Shown in pieces: positions 50,960 through 64,000 of a DNA stretch of 64,000 nucleotides. The position numbers and the translations under genes were made by a program. Numbering within the stretch: position 1 is the stretch's first letter; every line of letters begins with the position of its first letter. This DNA is from the human T2T-CHM13v2.0 reference genome, Homo sapiens: NCBI RefSeq assembly GCF_009914755.1, contig NC_060931.1; one strand, written 5' to 3'. The notes below the pieces were generated by a model. The model ran no database searches. It saw nothing but the letters and a program-made list of their open reading frames with translations, and was not told the DNA's origin.

Positions 50960-51730
50960 ATAAAAAGCTACTATTTACTGAATTCCTTTAATAGGCCAAG
51001 TATAGTGCTTAGGTTCTTCACATATATTTTTCTCATGTGATTCTAACAGGGACCTAATAATGTCTTCATAGCATAGTTGAAGAGACTGAGGCTAACTGTA
51101 TCAGCTGGTTCTTGCTATGTAACAAATTATCCACTCACTCTGCCCATTGACAATGTAGCCTGTGCTCACTAGGTGTTCTGATATTGGCTGGGCTCCCTTA
51201 TGCATCTATGTCAGCTGAAGGTTGTTTGGTTAGTTATTGGCTGGGTTACCTAGCTCTTTTCCACACGGTTTCTCATCTTCCTTCAAGCTAGCCTGGCTTT
51301 GTGCTTACAGAGGAGCTGAGAGGAGAGAGAGAGAGAATCACAGAGAAAGAGAAAGAGAGAGAGATTGCATAAGTGCAAGGACCTTTTAAGGCCTGTGTTT
51401 AGAAGTAGAATGCTGTCAGTTCTACCATCTTCTACGGACCGTAGTAAGTCACTAGGGCAGTTCCGATTCAAAGGGTGGGGGAACAGACTCCACCTTTTGA
51501 GAGGAGGAGCTGTAAGTCCTGTTGGAAAGGATGTGGGGAGACAGAGAGGTCACTAACTGGGGTCAGGGTGTTTTGAAGAACATATTGAAAAAATACTAAG
51601 ACAAGAAAATGAAGTAATAATCAATTCTACCATAAGAAGAGAGGCCACATATTTGTACAATGTCTCCACTGTAAGTGGCTGAGCTAGAATTTGATTCCAG
51701 TGCCTTTTCTCTTTTCAGTTGATTCACTGC
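50960..51730 (-). mobile_element. MIR, interrupted by an MLT1 LTR
   Basis: agctactatttactga...gaagagactgaggct, resuming as gtaagtggctgagctagaatttga. Confidence 0.65.
51097..51634 (-). mobile_element. MLT1H-type MaLR solo LTR
   Basis: gattcaaagggtgggggaacagactccaccttttgagaggaggagctg; aatcaattctaccata end. Confidence 0.8.
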
Positions 51731-53014
51731 CTCTCCTACTATTTACAACAAAGTTCTTAAAAAGTGTGCGTTGATGAGCAAGTATATCCTGCTTAGACAT
51801 AAAATGACCTGGAAATGGAAATTTACTGTAGGTGAGTGATAATGTAGCTTTTATTCATTTTGTAACCAGAAAATATTTTGCTAGAGGAAAAAGCATGAAT
51901 TGGGAAGTTGGTAATTTAAATTCACAAAATTGTTATCTTGCTAGCTACAGACAGAGTCCTTAGCTACCAGTGATATTTTTCTCTCCCCTTTAGACCTACT
52001 TAAAAAAAAAAAAAGCAAAAACAAAAACATCTGATTGTTTGGAAGAGGCAGGGCCTGCATGACAGATGAGTAAATTCTGCTTGGATAGAGATTGAGTGGA
52101 GATTTTCACTCGGGGAAGCCCAAGTGTCTTAATTCCTCCACTGTGGCTGTTTTTCTTCCTTAGACTTTCCTGTCTTCATATTGTTGCCATGCATGGGTTT
52201 GTACTTGTAAGATATTTTATTTCTCTTTATTTTATTTGGTTTTTAAATTGCCCTCATATGTTCAAAATGAAATCTGCTAACAAAACATTTGAGTTATTGA
52301 CTTTAATACTTGTACAGGTTTTGTTTAATAGCAAGAAGAGTATCTGCTAAACACTGTAATTCCAGTGGGGTACAATGGACAGATACATGAGGTTGTCTTT
52401 TCTTTTTTTGCTGTACTTGCTTAGATATCAGAGTAAAGCATGCTTCGTAATATCTCTTTAAATAGAAATTGTACATATAATAGTGTAGCACATATTTTAT
52501 GAAAGGTAAACTTAATATCCAAGTCTTGGAGATAGTAATTTATTTTAAATACCTATATTTATATTAAAAATGGTTACTACCCTCAATCTAAGAAAGAATA
52601 TAACAGTTCTATTGTACTATATGGGTTAGACATTACCAAATTCATTACCTATCTGAATCATAATTGTCAGCCTTCCTCCCCATTATCCATCCGATTTCTT
52701 TACCAGCCTTTTTTCCTCTTCTTGACTTTGTATTCATAATGAGAAATGTTAGCAATAAAGCTTTAATAATGGGAACATTGTCTTGAATTTTTATAGCACA
52801 TTTCCACTAAGAGGTTTAGAGTGATTCAGATGAATTTCCTTGTTTTCACTGGCAACTTTCCAATGAGTTAGAGTGTTGGAATAAATGCTACCTCAGCTTC
52901 ACGACTGTCTTTGTCATCCCCTTCATACGACTGATTATTTGCCTCTATCTAACATGAACCTGATCTCTTTCTCACTCCATTCCTAGAGTCACAGGAGTTT
53001 ACTATCCCCATAAA

Positions 53015-53038
53015 TGTGTGTGTGTGTGTGTGTGTGTG
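53015..53038. repeat. (TG)12
   Basis: Directly visible. Confidence 0.95.
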
Positions 53039-53536
53039 TCTATTGCTTTCAACTCCCCTCTCCTCCTACTCTGGGCACACCTAGGGGTTTAGCAATGCTC
53101 TAGACTACATAATATAAATGAAAATGCAAGAGCTTGCCAGAAGTAACACTTAACCGAAGTGCCAATTCTGTTTATCAGAAATGTGACTAACCTTAGCTCA
53201 TGACAAATGGTAATTTTCACATCTAGACAAGAAGAGGAAAGAATAGGATTCATGAAAATTCAACTTAGAAAATATTCAATTTTGGATGAGTTGGATAGGA
53301 ATTCTGATACAGGCAGTAAAGACGGGGAGATGCAGAATAACACTTTGCATGCTAAGTGCATTTGATTAAATAACATCTTTTAATGATTTTCTTGTTAATG
53401 GCTAGTCACTGATGTCAGTGTTGCCTATGTGATTATGAATTTTGGGATTGATTATATTGGCATAATACAGCCTAAGAGAAAGAGAAGAAGCTCTTGGACA
53501 CAGACATTTTTTTTTCTTTCTTGGAATCCTTATTCT

Positions 53537-53764
53537 TTCTTTCTTTCTTTTTTTTTTTTTTTTTGGGACTACAGGCGCCTGCCGCCATGCCTGGCTAATT
53601 TTTTTTCTTTCTTGGAATCCTTATTCTTTCTTTCTTTTTTTTTTTTTGGGGGACTACAGGCGCCTGCCGCCACGCCTGGCTAATTTTTTTTGTATTTTTA
53701 GTAGAGACTGAGTTTCACCGTGTTAGCCAGGATGGTCTTGATCTCCTGACCTCGTGATCCGCCC
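53537..53764 (-). mobile_element. Truncated, partly duplicated AluY fragment
   Basis: caccgtgttagccaggatggtct and gggactacaggcgcc AluY diagnostics; TSD tccttattct/tccttactct. Confidence 0.85.
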
Positions 53765-54510
53765 TCCTTACTCTAACAATAGTTTTTAGTTTTTAACATT
53801 TAAAGACATGCACAAGTGAAAGAAAATATCAAGTCAACTACATTTCTACATCTCAGAAATCTTAAAAGTTATACTGTCAAAGCAAAATATGAAATTTTAA
53901 AAATGGTCACATTTTAGTTGAACTCATGAAAAACTTGTAATATGATTAGGAGCTGGCACTAAAGAAATGTGTGATTATTGAAGACTATATAAACATCTAT
54001 ATTTGATTCACTTATAAAATGTTCAGTAGTTTTGAATGCTGTTCTAAAGTAAAAGTGGATAACATTTTTCCCATGATGTTTTAGCAGCTACTCATTCTTC
54101 ATTTTTACAATAAGATTTTGTTTAAAATATCATACTACATATTTTTGTTGTTAAAGTAGAGATGAAAATATTGTGAAGTGCTGAACATTTAGGTTATCCT
54201 GTAGATTTGCACAAATAAAAATATTTTTAAAAATCATAATTATATAATATAATTAAGAATATATTAGAGATATTATATATTACAATATTTTTATATGTGT
54301 ATATATGAGTTTTTTTCTGGGAAATAAATCCCTAGAATCAATAAAAACCATTTGGCATATATGCCCTTAAATTCTAAAATTAATTGGTTAAAATATTCAA
54401 ACTTTCCTACCTATGTAAACTAATTGAACTCTTATGATGAACCGCTTTGTTTTGACTGGTATTGTTAATTCCTTTGTTCCATCTGCATGATAGTGCTTAA
54501 ATTCAGCCTA

Positions 54511-55229
<719 letters not shown>

Positions 55230-55435
55230 CTCCAACTGCCCTTTCAACAGTTTCACCTGAACTATCTTTTAGAAATTGCTGTAAAGAATTTCTGAGCTGT
55301 TGATAAAAGAATTGCAACAGCAACCCATTACTTTAATGTATAGTATCTATAAGTTGCCCTTGCTTTACACAAATATTTACTTCATGTGGCATCCCAATTT
55401 GCAGCTTATTTTTCCAGATTCCTATTTCTGTCTAC

Positions 55436-55923
55436 TGACCAAGAAGGCTTTAACATTCCCCTCACTTGACTAAACTTTAGACATGTTTCTTCCTGACTGT
55501 AGGCCCCTGACCTCCCTTTTCTTGGAGCATTTACTTTAGAAAACTTGCATTTGTAAATACCTTCTCAGTTCCTTTGAGATGTAATCTTCCCCCAGTCTCT
55601 TGCCAGTTTTAGAACCGAGAAATGTTTCTCAAGGAGCCATCTCTTTGAAATGCAATCATCAAGGAAGATAGAGCCCCTGTCTCCTACTCTGTGTGGGGAA
55701 AGGAGGCTAATTTCCATAATCACCAATTAGCAAAGATGGTCTAATCACATTGACAACCTCTCCTCTTCAATGTCTTCCAGTACTTTTCCACTAACTCACC
55801 CCAGCGCTTAAACACTCTCGTTTTTGTTTCGGTGGAGTTGAGCTCAATCTTTCTCCCCTATTGCAATAGTCATGAATAAAGTCTTCCTTGCCTGTTTAAC
55901 TGTCCAATGCATTTTTCCTTGCA
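55436..55923 (+). mobile_element. MER67/MER31-group ERV1 solo LTR
   Basis: TG..CA termini, 4-bp TSD ctac/atac, cttgactaaactttagaca, gaataaagtcttccttg. Confidence 0.75.
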
Positions 55924-57154
55924 ATACAATGGGTCATAAGATTAGAGTGTGCATTCTTCAGTTATTCATAATTTGATAAATACAAATTCATTTAAATAAG
56001 ACTTTGTATCACAAGCATGTTGACTTTGGCATAATGATTGGGGTTTTGACAGTATATTCTATTTATAAAAATATATTTTTAACAATCATATGCAAATTTT
56101 TGCATATATAAAAATGACAAAATTATTACAAGGTACTTATTCTGAATTAATAAGGACCAGCAGTTGTTTATGTAATAATGCCACTACTATAATGATTTAC
56201 GTTAATATTGGCCAGCTAATTGTTACCATCATTTCCCAGCTTTTTAGCCCACTCCTCTTTTTTTCCTCTAGCCTAAAGGAAACCCTAGCCTAAAGACTAA
56301 GAACACAAGAAAATAGTGGCCATTAGTAATTTTGTGCCTAGACAGAGTTTTTGTTGCTATCTCAAACAGAAAAAGTTTGTTTGCAAAAATTTAATGTGAG
56401 TCCAGTTGCTTCTGCTATTGAAAACAGAAAAACTAGAAACTGTGAAAAGCCATAGAGAAGTTCTGTTTAGATTTCCTATGTCTGAGAGACTCTTAATAAT
56501 CCCACATGTTCTTCCAGCTTCTGTATATAATCATTTCCCTGAAATTACAAGGTCTTCTATTTTGTGGCCATTATTGATTATTGAGCTAAACAAACCAGGG
56601 TGGCTACTGGTCAATGTAACCAGAGTTCTAGCACATGTAACAAAGAGGAATGTATTGCTGAGGAAGCTTGGACCCTGTGACTAAGCATACAAGAAGGAAA
56701 TGTGTAGAGGACTCCAGGCCCAAACCTGTGCTTTGGAGGCAAAGCATGCCAAACATAAAAATACAGCTGCTTTTTTTTTTTTTTTAACTGTCTATGTATC
56801 TTAAATATTAAGAGTATAGCCTTCTTGACGAAAGGGACCACATGCCAGTTATTATATTATGAACATTATATATGCTGGAACTTAACAAATAATTAGTATG
56901 GAGAATGACCTATGTTTAAGATTCTGTATACATAGATTGCTATATTGATTACTTCATATAAAAATTTTCTCACCAATTTCTTTCTAGAGCATATATCTTT
57001 TAAACATTTTTTTGCATGAAGTATTGTAATCTTATTAATCTATAATTCCAAGAAAGTAAATACAGAGAGAGTACTCTGTTTACATTAGCCAAACAAGAGT
57101 TATTATAAAATCATACATATTCTCCCATATTTAACAATAAAGGATTAAAGTTAA

Positions 57155-60117
57155 AAAGTGTAAAAATAAAAAGCAACACATTAGAACATACTACTATATA
57201 TAATCACTTAACCACAAAGGAAGACACTAAGAAAGGAAGACAAGAGTCTCAAAACAACCAGAAAAATGGCAGCATAATGGCAGTACCAAGTCTTTACTCA
57301 TCAATAATAACACTAAATGTAAATGGTCTCAATTCTCCAAGTAAAAGTTGTGCAGTAGCTGAATGTGTAAGGAAACAAGATCCAAGAAACCTACTTAACC
57401 TATAAAGACTCAATAGACTGAAAGGGGTAGAAAAATATATTGCATGCAATTGGAAAGCAAAAAAGAGCAGAAGATATATCAGATAAAATAGACTACAAAC
57501 CAAAGACTGTAAAAAAAAAAAAAAAAAGACAAGGGAGGTTTCCATATAATAATTAAGGAATCAATTCAGCAGGAGGATATAACAATTATAAATATTTTAT
57601 GCACCCAACAGCAGAGCTCCCAAGTATGTAATGCAAACATTAGTAGATCTAAACGGAGAGATAGACTGCAATAGAATAATAGTAGGGAACTTTAATACCC
57701 AACTCTCAATCTAGACAGCAAATCAACCAAGGAATAGTGGAGTTAAACTACACACTAGATCTAATAGGCCTAATTGACATTTATAGAACATTTCACCCAG
57801 TGCTGCAGCATACATGTTCTTTTCATCAGCACATGAGACATTCTCCAGAATAAACCATGTCTCAATCCACAAAACAAGTCTGCACAAATTTCACCACAAC
57901 AGAAATTATATCAAGTATCTTTTCTTTTTTTAAATTTTTTATTTTCTTTTTTGAGATGGAGTCTTTCTCTGCACCCAGGCTGGCGTGCAGTGGTGCAGTC
58001 TTGGCTCACTGCAACCTCCGCCTCCAGGGTTCCAGCGATTCTCCTGCCTCAGTCTCCCGAGTGGCTGGGATTTCAGGCATGTACCACAATACCCAGCTAA
58101 TTTTTGGGTTTTTAGTAGAGACGAGGTTTCCCATGTTGATCAGACTGGTCTTGAACTCCTGACCTCAGGTGATCCACCCACCTTGGCCACCAAAATGCTA
58201 GAATTACAGGTGTGAGCCACTGTGCCCAGCTTCAAGTATCTTTTCTGACCACAAAGGAGTAAAACTAGAAATCAGTAACAAGAGGAGCCTCAGAAAATAC
58301 ACAAACACATGGAAATTAAACAACATGCTCCTGAATGACCAATGGGTCAATAAGGAAATTAAGAAGTAAATTTAACAAATTTTTGAAACAAATAAAAATG
58401 GAAATACAACATACCAAAATCTATGGGATACAGCAAAAGCAGTACTAAGAGGGAACCTTATAGCAATAAAGTCTCATGTAAGAAAAGTAGAAAGACTTCA
58501 AGTAAACAACCTAATGATGCACCTCAAAGATCCAGAAGAGCAAGAACAAACCAAACCCCAAATTAGTAGAAAGAAAGAAATAATAAAGATCAGAGCAGAA
58601 ATAAATGAAATTGAGACTAAAAAATAGAGAAGATCATCAAAAAGTTGTTTTTTTGAAGATAAAATGGACAAACCTTCAGCTAGATTACTTAAGAAAAAAG
58701 AGAAAAAACTCAAATAAATACAATTAGAAATAAGAAAGAAAACATAACAACTGAAATATCAAAAAAAAAAAAACACTGAATCATTAGAGACTATTATGAA
58801 CAACTATATGACAACACATTGGAAAACAGAATAAATGGGTAAATTCCTGGACACATACAGTCTACCAAGATTAAACTATGAAGAAATAGCCCCAACAAAC
58901 CAACAACAAGTAATGAGACTGAAGCATTAATAAAAAGCCTCCCATCAAAGAAAAGCCCAGGACATCATGGATTCACTTCTGAATCCTACCAAACATTTAA
59001 AGAGTTATTACCAATCCTACTCAAACTCTTCAAAAAAATTAGAAAAGGGAATACTTCCAAACTCATTCTGCAAGGCCAGTATTACCCTCATACCAAAATC
59101 AGGCAAGGACACAACAGAACAGAGAAAGCTACAGGCCAATATTACTGACAAATATAAAAATATATAAAATGTATAAATATATAAAAAATAGAAATATATA
59201 CAAATATAAATATATGAAATGTTAAAAATCGTCAACAAAATACTAACAAACTGAATTCAACAACCATGGTCAAGTGGGATTCATCCCAGAGATGCAAGGA
59301 CAGTTTAACATAAGCAAATCAATAAGTGTGATATATCACATTACCAGAAACAAGAAAAAAAACATATGATTATTTCAATAGATGTGAAAAGAGCATATGA
59401 TGAAATTCAGCATCCCTTTATGATGAAATCTCTCATCAAACAGGTATAGGAGGAACATGCCCCAAAATAATAAGGGCCATATATGACAAACCCGTGTCTA
59501 CCATTGTACTAAACGGAAAAATTGAAGGCCTTTTCTCTAAAGACTAGAACAAGACAAGGATGCCCACTTTTACCACTATTATTCAATACAATACTGAAAA
59601 GTCCTAGCCAGAGTAATTAGGTAAGAGAAAGAAATAAAGGACATCCAAACTGGAAAAAAAGTCAAATTAGCCTTGTTCACAGACAGCATGATCATATTAT
59701 ACTTAGAAAAACCTTAAGACTCCACCAAACAGCTATTAGAACTGATAAAGGAATTCAATAAAGTTGCAGGATACAAAATTAACATATAAAAATAAGTAGC
59801 ATTTATATATGTCAACATCAAATAATCTGAAAAAGAAATGAGGAAAACAATCCCATTTACAATAGCTACAAAAATATAAAATACCCAGGAATCAATCTAA
59901 CTGCAGAAGTAAAAGATCTACACAATAAAAACTATAAAACTGATGAAATAGAAGAAGACACACAAAAAATAAAAAGATATTCCATAATCATGTATTAAAA
60001 TAATTAATATTGCTAAAATGACAATACTATCCAAATCAATTTACATATTCAATGCAATCCATATCAAAATATCAATGATATTCTTTATAAAAAAAGAAAA
60101 ACATTCTAAAATTTATT
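57155..60117 (+). mobile_element. Old L1 (L1M2/L1MA-type): inter-ORF region plus ORF2 EN-RT remnant, lacking its 3' end
   Basis: ORF2 start region atggcagta...taaatgtaaatggtctcaattctcc; aagtgggattcatccca; gaacaagacaaggatgcccac; multiple stops and frameshifts. Confidence 0.9.
57926..58231 (-). mobile_element. AluSx/Sz inside the L1
   Basis: Perfect 15-bp TSD tcaagtatcttttct at 57911-57925 and 58232-58246. Confidence 0.92.
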
Positions 60118-60144
60118 TATTTAAGCTAATTTAAAATGTGAATA

Positions 60145-63100
60145 ATTTATTTATTTTACTTTGTTAAAAAACTTTGTGGGTACATAGTAGGTGTATATAT
60201 TTATGTGGTGTATGAGATGGTCTGATACAGGCATGCAATGTGAAATAAGCACATTATGAAAAATGGAATATCCATCCCCTCAAGCATTTATCCTTCAGAG
60301 TTACAAACAATTCAATTACACTATTTAAGTTATTTTAAAATGTACAATTAAGTTATTATTGACTATAGGCATCTTCTTGTGCTATCAAATAGTAGGTCTT
60401 ATTCTTTCTATTTCTTTGAACCCATTAACCATCCCCACATACCCTCAGCCCCTCACTACTTTTCCCAGCCTCGGGTAACCATTCTTCTACTTACTATGTC
60501 CATGAATTCAATTGTTTTGATTTTTAGATCCCTCAAATAAGTGAGAATACGCAGTTTGCCTTTCTGTGCCTGGCTTATTTCACTTAACATAATGATTTCC
60601 AGTTCTATCCATTTTGTTGCAAATAACTGGATCTCATTCTTTTTTATGACTGAATTCGTACTCAATTGTATACATGTATCACATTTTCTTTATCCATTTG
60701 TTTATGGACACTTGGGTTGCTTCCAAATCTTAGCTATTGTAAACAATGCTGCAACAAACACAGGAGTGCCAACATCTCATCGATATACTGATTTCCTTTC
60801 TTTTTGGTACATACCCAGAAATGAGATTGCTGGATCATATGGCAGCTTAATTTGTAGTTTTTTGAGGAACCTCCAAACTGTTCTCCATAGTGGTTGTACA
60901 GTCCCATCAGCAGTGTACAAAAGTCCCCTTTTCTCCACATCCTCGACAGCATTTATTATTGTCTGCCTTTTGGATATAAGGCATTTTAACTAAGGTGAGA
61001 TGATATCTCATTGTACTTTTGATTTGCATTTCTCTGATGATCAAAGATGTTGAGCACCTTTTCATATGCCAGTTTGTCATTTATATGTCTTCTTTTGAGA
61101 AATGCCTATTCAAATCTTTTGTCACTATTTTGACTGGAGTATTAGATTTTTTTTCCTAGAATTGTTTGAGCTCCTTATATATTTTGGTTAATAATCTCTT
61201 GTTAGAGGTGTAGTTTGCAAATATTTTCTCCCATTCTGTGGTTGGCTCTTCACTTTTTTGATTGTATGCTTTGCTGTGCAGAAGCTTTTTAACTTGATGT
61301 CTTTCCATTTGTCCATTTTTTTGCTTTGGTTGACGGTGCTTATGGGGTATTGCTCAAGACGTCTTTACCCAGGCCAATGTCCTGAAGATTTTTCCCAATG
61401 TGTTCTTGTAGTAGTTTCATGGCTTGAGGTCTTAGAGTTAAGTCATTACTCCATTTTGATTTGTTTTTTGTATATGGCAAGTGATAAGGGCCTAGTTTTA
61501 TTCTTCTGCATATGGATATCCAGTTTTCCCCACAGCATTTATTGAAGAGACTGTCTTTTCCCCGGTGTATGTTATTGGCACCTTTATAAAAAATAAGTTA
61601 ACTGTAGGGGTATGGATTTGTTTCTGGGTTCTCTATTCTGTTCCATTGGTCTATGCATCTGTTCTTATGCCAGTATCATGCTGTTTTGTTTACTAAAGCT
61701 CTGTAGTATATTTCAAAGTCAGGTAACATAATTCCTCCAGTTTTGTTCTTTTGGCTTAGGATAGCCTTGGCTATTCTGTGTCTTTATGGTTCCATGTAAA
61801 TCTTAGGACTGTTTTTTTTTTTTCTGTGAAGAATGTCGTTGGTATTTTGATAGGGATTGAATTGATTTGTAGATTGCTTTGGGTAGTGTGGACATCTCAA
61901 TGATATTTTTTCTTCCAAACCATGAACATGGACTGTCTTTCCATTTTTGGTGTCCTCTTCAATTTCTTTCATCAGTGTTTTATAGATTTCATTATATAGA
62001 TCTTTCACTTATTTGATTAATTCCTAGGTATTTAATTTTATGTGTGGCTATTATAAATGTTATTACTTTCAAATTTCTTTTTCACATTGTTCTGATTTCA
62101 CATTGATCTGATTGCTGCTGATTTTTGTATATTGATTTTGTATTCTGAAACTTTACTGAATTTACTTATCAGTACTAATAGTTTTCTTGTGGAGTCTTTA
62201 GGTTTTCCCAAATATAAGATCATATCATCTGCAAACAAGGATTATTTGAGTTCTTCCTTTTCAATTTGAATGCCTGTTATATTTTTCTCTTCTCTGATTG
62301 CTCTAGCTAGGACTTCCAGTAGTTTGTTGTATAACAATGGTGACAGTGGGCATCCTTGTCATGGTCCAGATCTTAAAGAAAAGTCTTTTAGTTTTTCCCC
62401 ATTCAGTATGATACTAGCTGTGGGTCTGTCATGTATGGCTTTTAATATGTTGAAGTATGTTCCTTCTATCCCCAGTTTTTTGAGAGTTTTTGCTTTATGA
62501 AGAATTGCTGAATTTTATCAAATGCTTTTCCAGCGTCAATTGAAATAATTGTATGTTGATTCATTCTGATATGATGTATTGTAACACATTGATTGATTTG
62601 CGTATGTTGAACTATCCTTGAATCCCAAGGATAAATCCCACTTTGTCATGATGAATGATCTTTATAATGTGTTGCTGAATTAGGTTTGCTAGTATTTTGT
62701 TGAGAATTTTTGAATCAATGTTCATTAGCAATATTGGCCTGTAGTTTTTTTTCTTTGATGTGTCTTTATCTGGTTTTAGTATCAGGGTAATACTGGCCTC
62801 ATAGAATTAGTACTCCTCCTTTATTTTTTAGACTACTTTGAGTAGGATTGCTATTACTTCTTCTTTAAATGTTTGGTAGAATTTAGCAGTGAAACCATCA
62901 GGTCTCAAGCTTTTCTTTACTGGGAGACTTTATCATGGCTTTGATCTCATTTCTTGTTACTGTTTTTTTTAGGGTTTATATTTTATTCCTGGTTCTTTTG
63001 GTAAGTTGTATGCACCTAGGAATTTGTCCATTTCTTATAGATTTTACACTTTATTGGCATATAGTTGCTCATAGTAGCCACTATGAGCCTTTGAATTTCT

Positions 63101-63772
63101 GCAGTATCAGTTGTAATGTCATCTTTTTCATTTCTGATTTTATTTACTTGGATCTTCTCTTTTTTTCTTAGTCTGACTAAAGGTTTGTCAATTTTGTTAA
63201 ACTTTTCAAAAAACCAGCTTGTTTTATTGATCTTTTGTATTTTTTTCTCATTTCAATTTCATTGATTTCTGCTCTGATTTTTATTATTTATTTTCTTGTA
63301 CTAATTTGGGGTTTGGTTTGCTCTTGCTTTTCCAGTTCTTTAAGATGCATCATTAGATTGTTCATTTGAAGCTTTTTTTCTTTTCTGATGTAGGCACTTA
63401 TAGATATTAACTTCCCTGTAGTACTGCTTTTGCTGTGTCCCCTAGGTTTTTGTATGTTGTGTTTCTGTTATCACCTATTTCAATAAAATTTTCAATTTAT
63501 TTCTTATTTTTTTTTTTGCTCAGCCACTGGTCATTCAGGAGCACATTGTTTAGATTCCATGTATTTGTATAGTTTCCAAAATTTATCGTTATTAATTTCT
63601 AATTTTATTCCACTGTGGTCAGAGAAGATGCTTGATATTATTTTATTTTTTGAGTAAAATATGGTCTATCTTTGACAATGATCCATGTGCAAGGAAAAGA
63701 ATGTGTATTCTGCAACTCTTGGATGAAATGTTCTGTAAATATCGATTAGATCTATTTGGTTTACAGTGCAGA
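60145..63772 (-). mobile_element. L1MA1-3 type, 5'-truncated (~3.6 kb)
   Basis: 3'UTR gtgggtacatagtaggtgtatatatttatg...caagcatttatcc; ORF2 antisense through to the EN region (gaatgtgtattctgca). Confidence 0.92.
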
Positions 63773-64000
63773 CATAATCTGGGAGGCTCTTTGGAGCTCC
63801 TCATGGGGGAAAATTTTCTGTCTAGCCAAACAGGCAGCCCTGACTGGTGTGTGGAAACATTGCTGTCAGCTTTACCACTTTCAGTCACAGAAGATACACA
63901 AAGGGACAGTAGTCTCAATAATTGTTTAAACACATTTTTAAAGGCCCATTTTTCTTCCTCCATGAAGAAACAAATTTTCTGGCCAATCTAGTGCTAAGTG

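Noticed and set aside
60541-60993. Longest ORF (150 aa)
   Set aside because: It is an antisense frame of the L1MA ORF2 C-terminus and 3'UTR, not a gene.

Overview
Primate (very likely human or ape) genomic DNA: AluY, AluS and AluJ copies are present, the sequence is AT-rich and CpG-poor, and there is no CpG island. I find no credible protein-coding exon, tRNA, rRNA, snRNA or processed pseudogene. The ORF track reads as chance ORFs or Alu/L1/LTR-derived frames. About half or more of the window is recognisable transposon debris: 9 Alus, about 13 L1 fragments including two multi-kb L1s at the right end, many L2/MIR remnants, about 19 solo LTRs (MaLR, ERVL, ERV1) and hAT-Charlie MITEs. The mixed LTR orientation fits an intergenic or lncRNA-type locus. 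I could not identify the locus, and I do not see a demonstrably new biological system. The most notable sequence-level signals are: (1) a 72-bp near-perfect pre-miRNA/MITE-like hairpin at 10699-10770; (2) several perfect short inverted repeats that look like template-switch scars; (3) a ~55-bp templated insertion copied from 1.3 kb upstream into an MLT1 LTR; (4) a twin-priming L1 inversion; (5) a doubly truncated, partly duplicated AluY; (6) a multi-kb inverted L1 pair; (7) a well-preserved LTR1B solo LTR; (8) candidate non-coding exons and motif clusters in repeat-free islands. Repeat subfamily names come from remembered consensus sequences and need RepeatMasker/Dfam confirmation. Boundaries of old elements are approximate.
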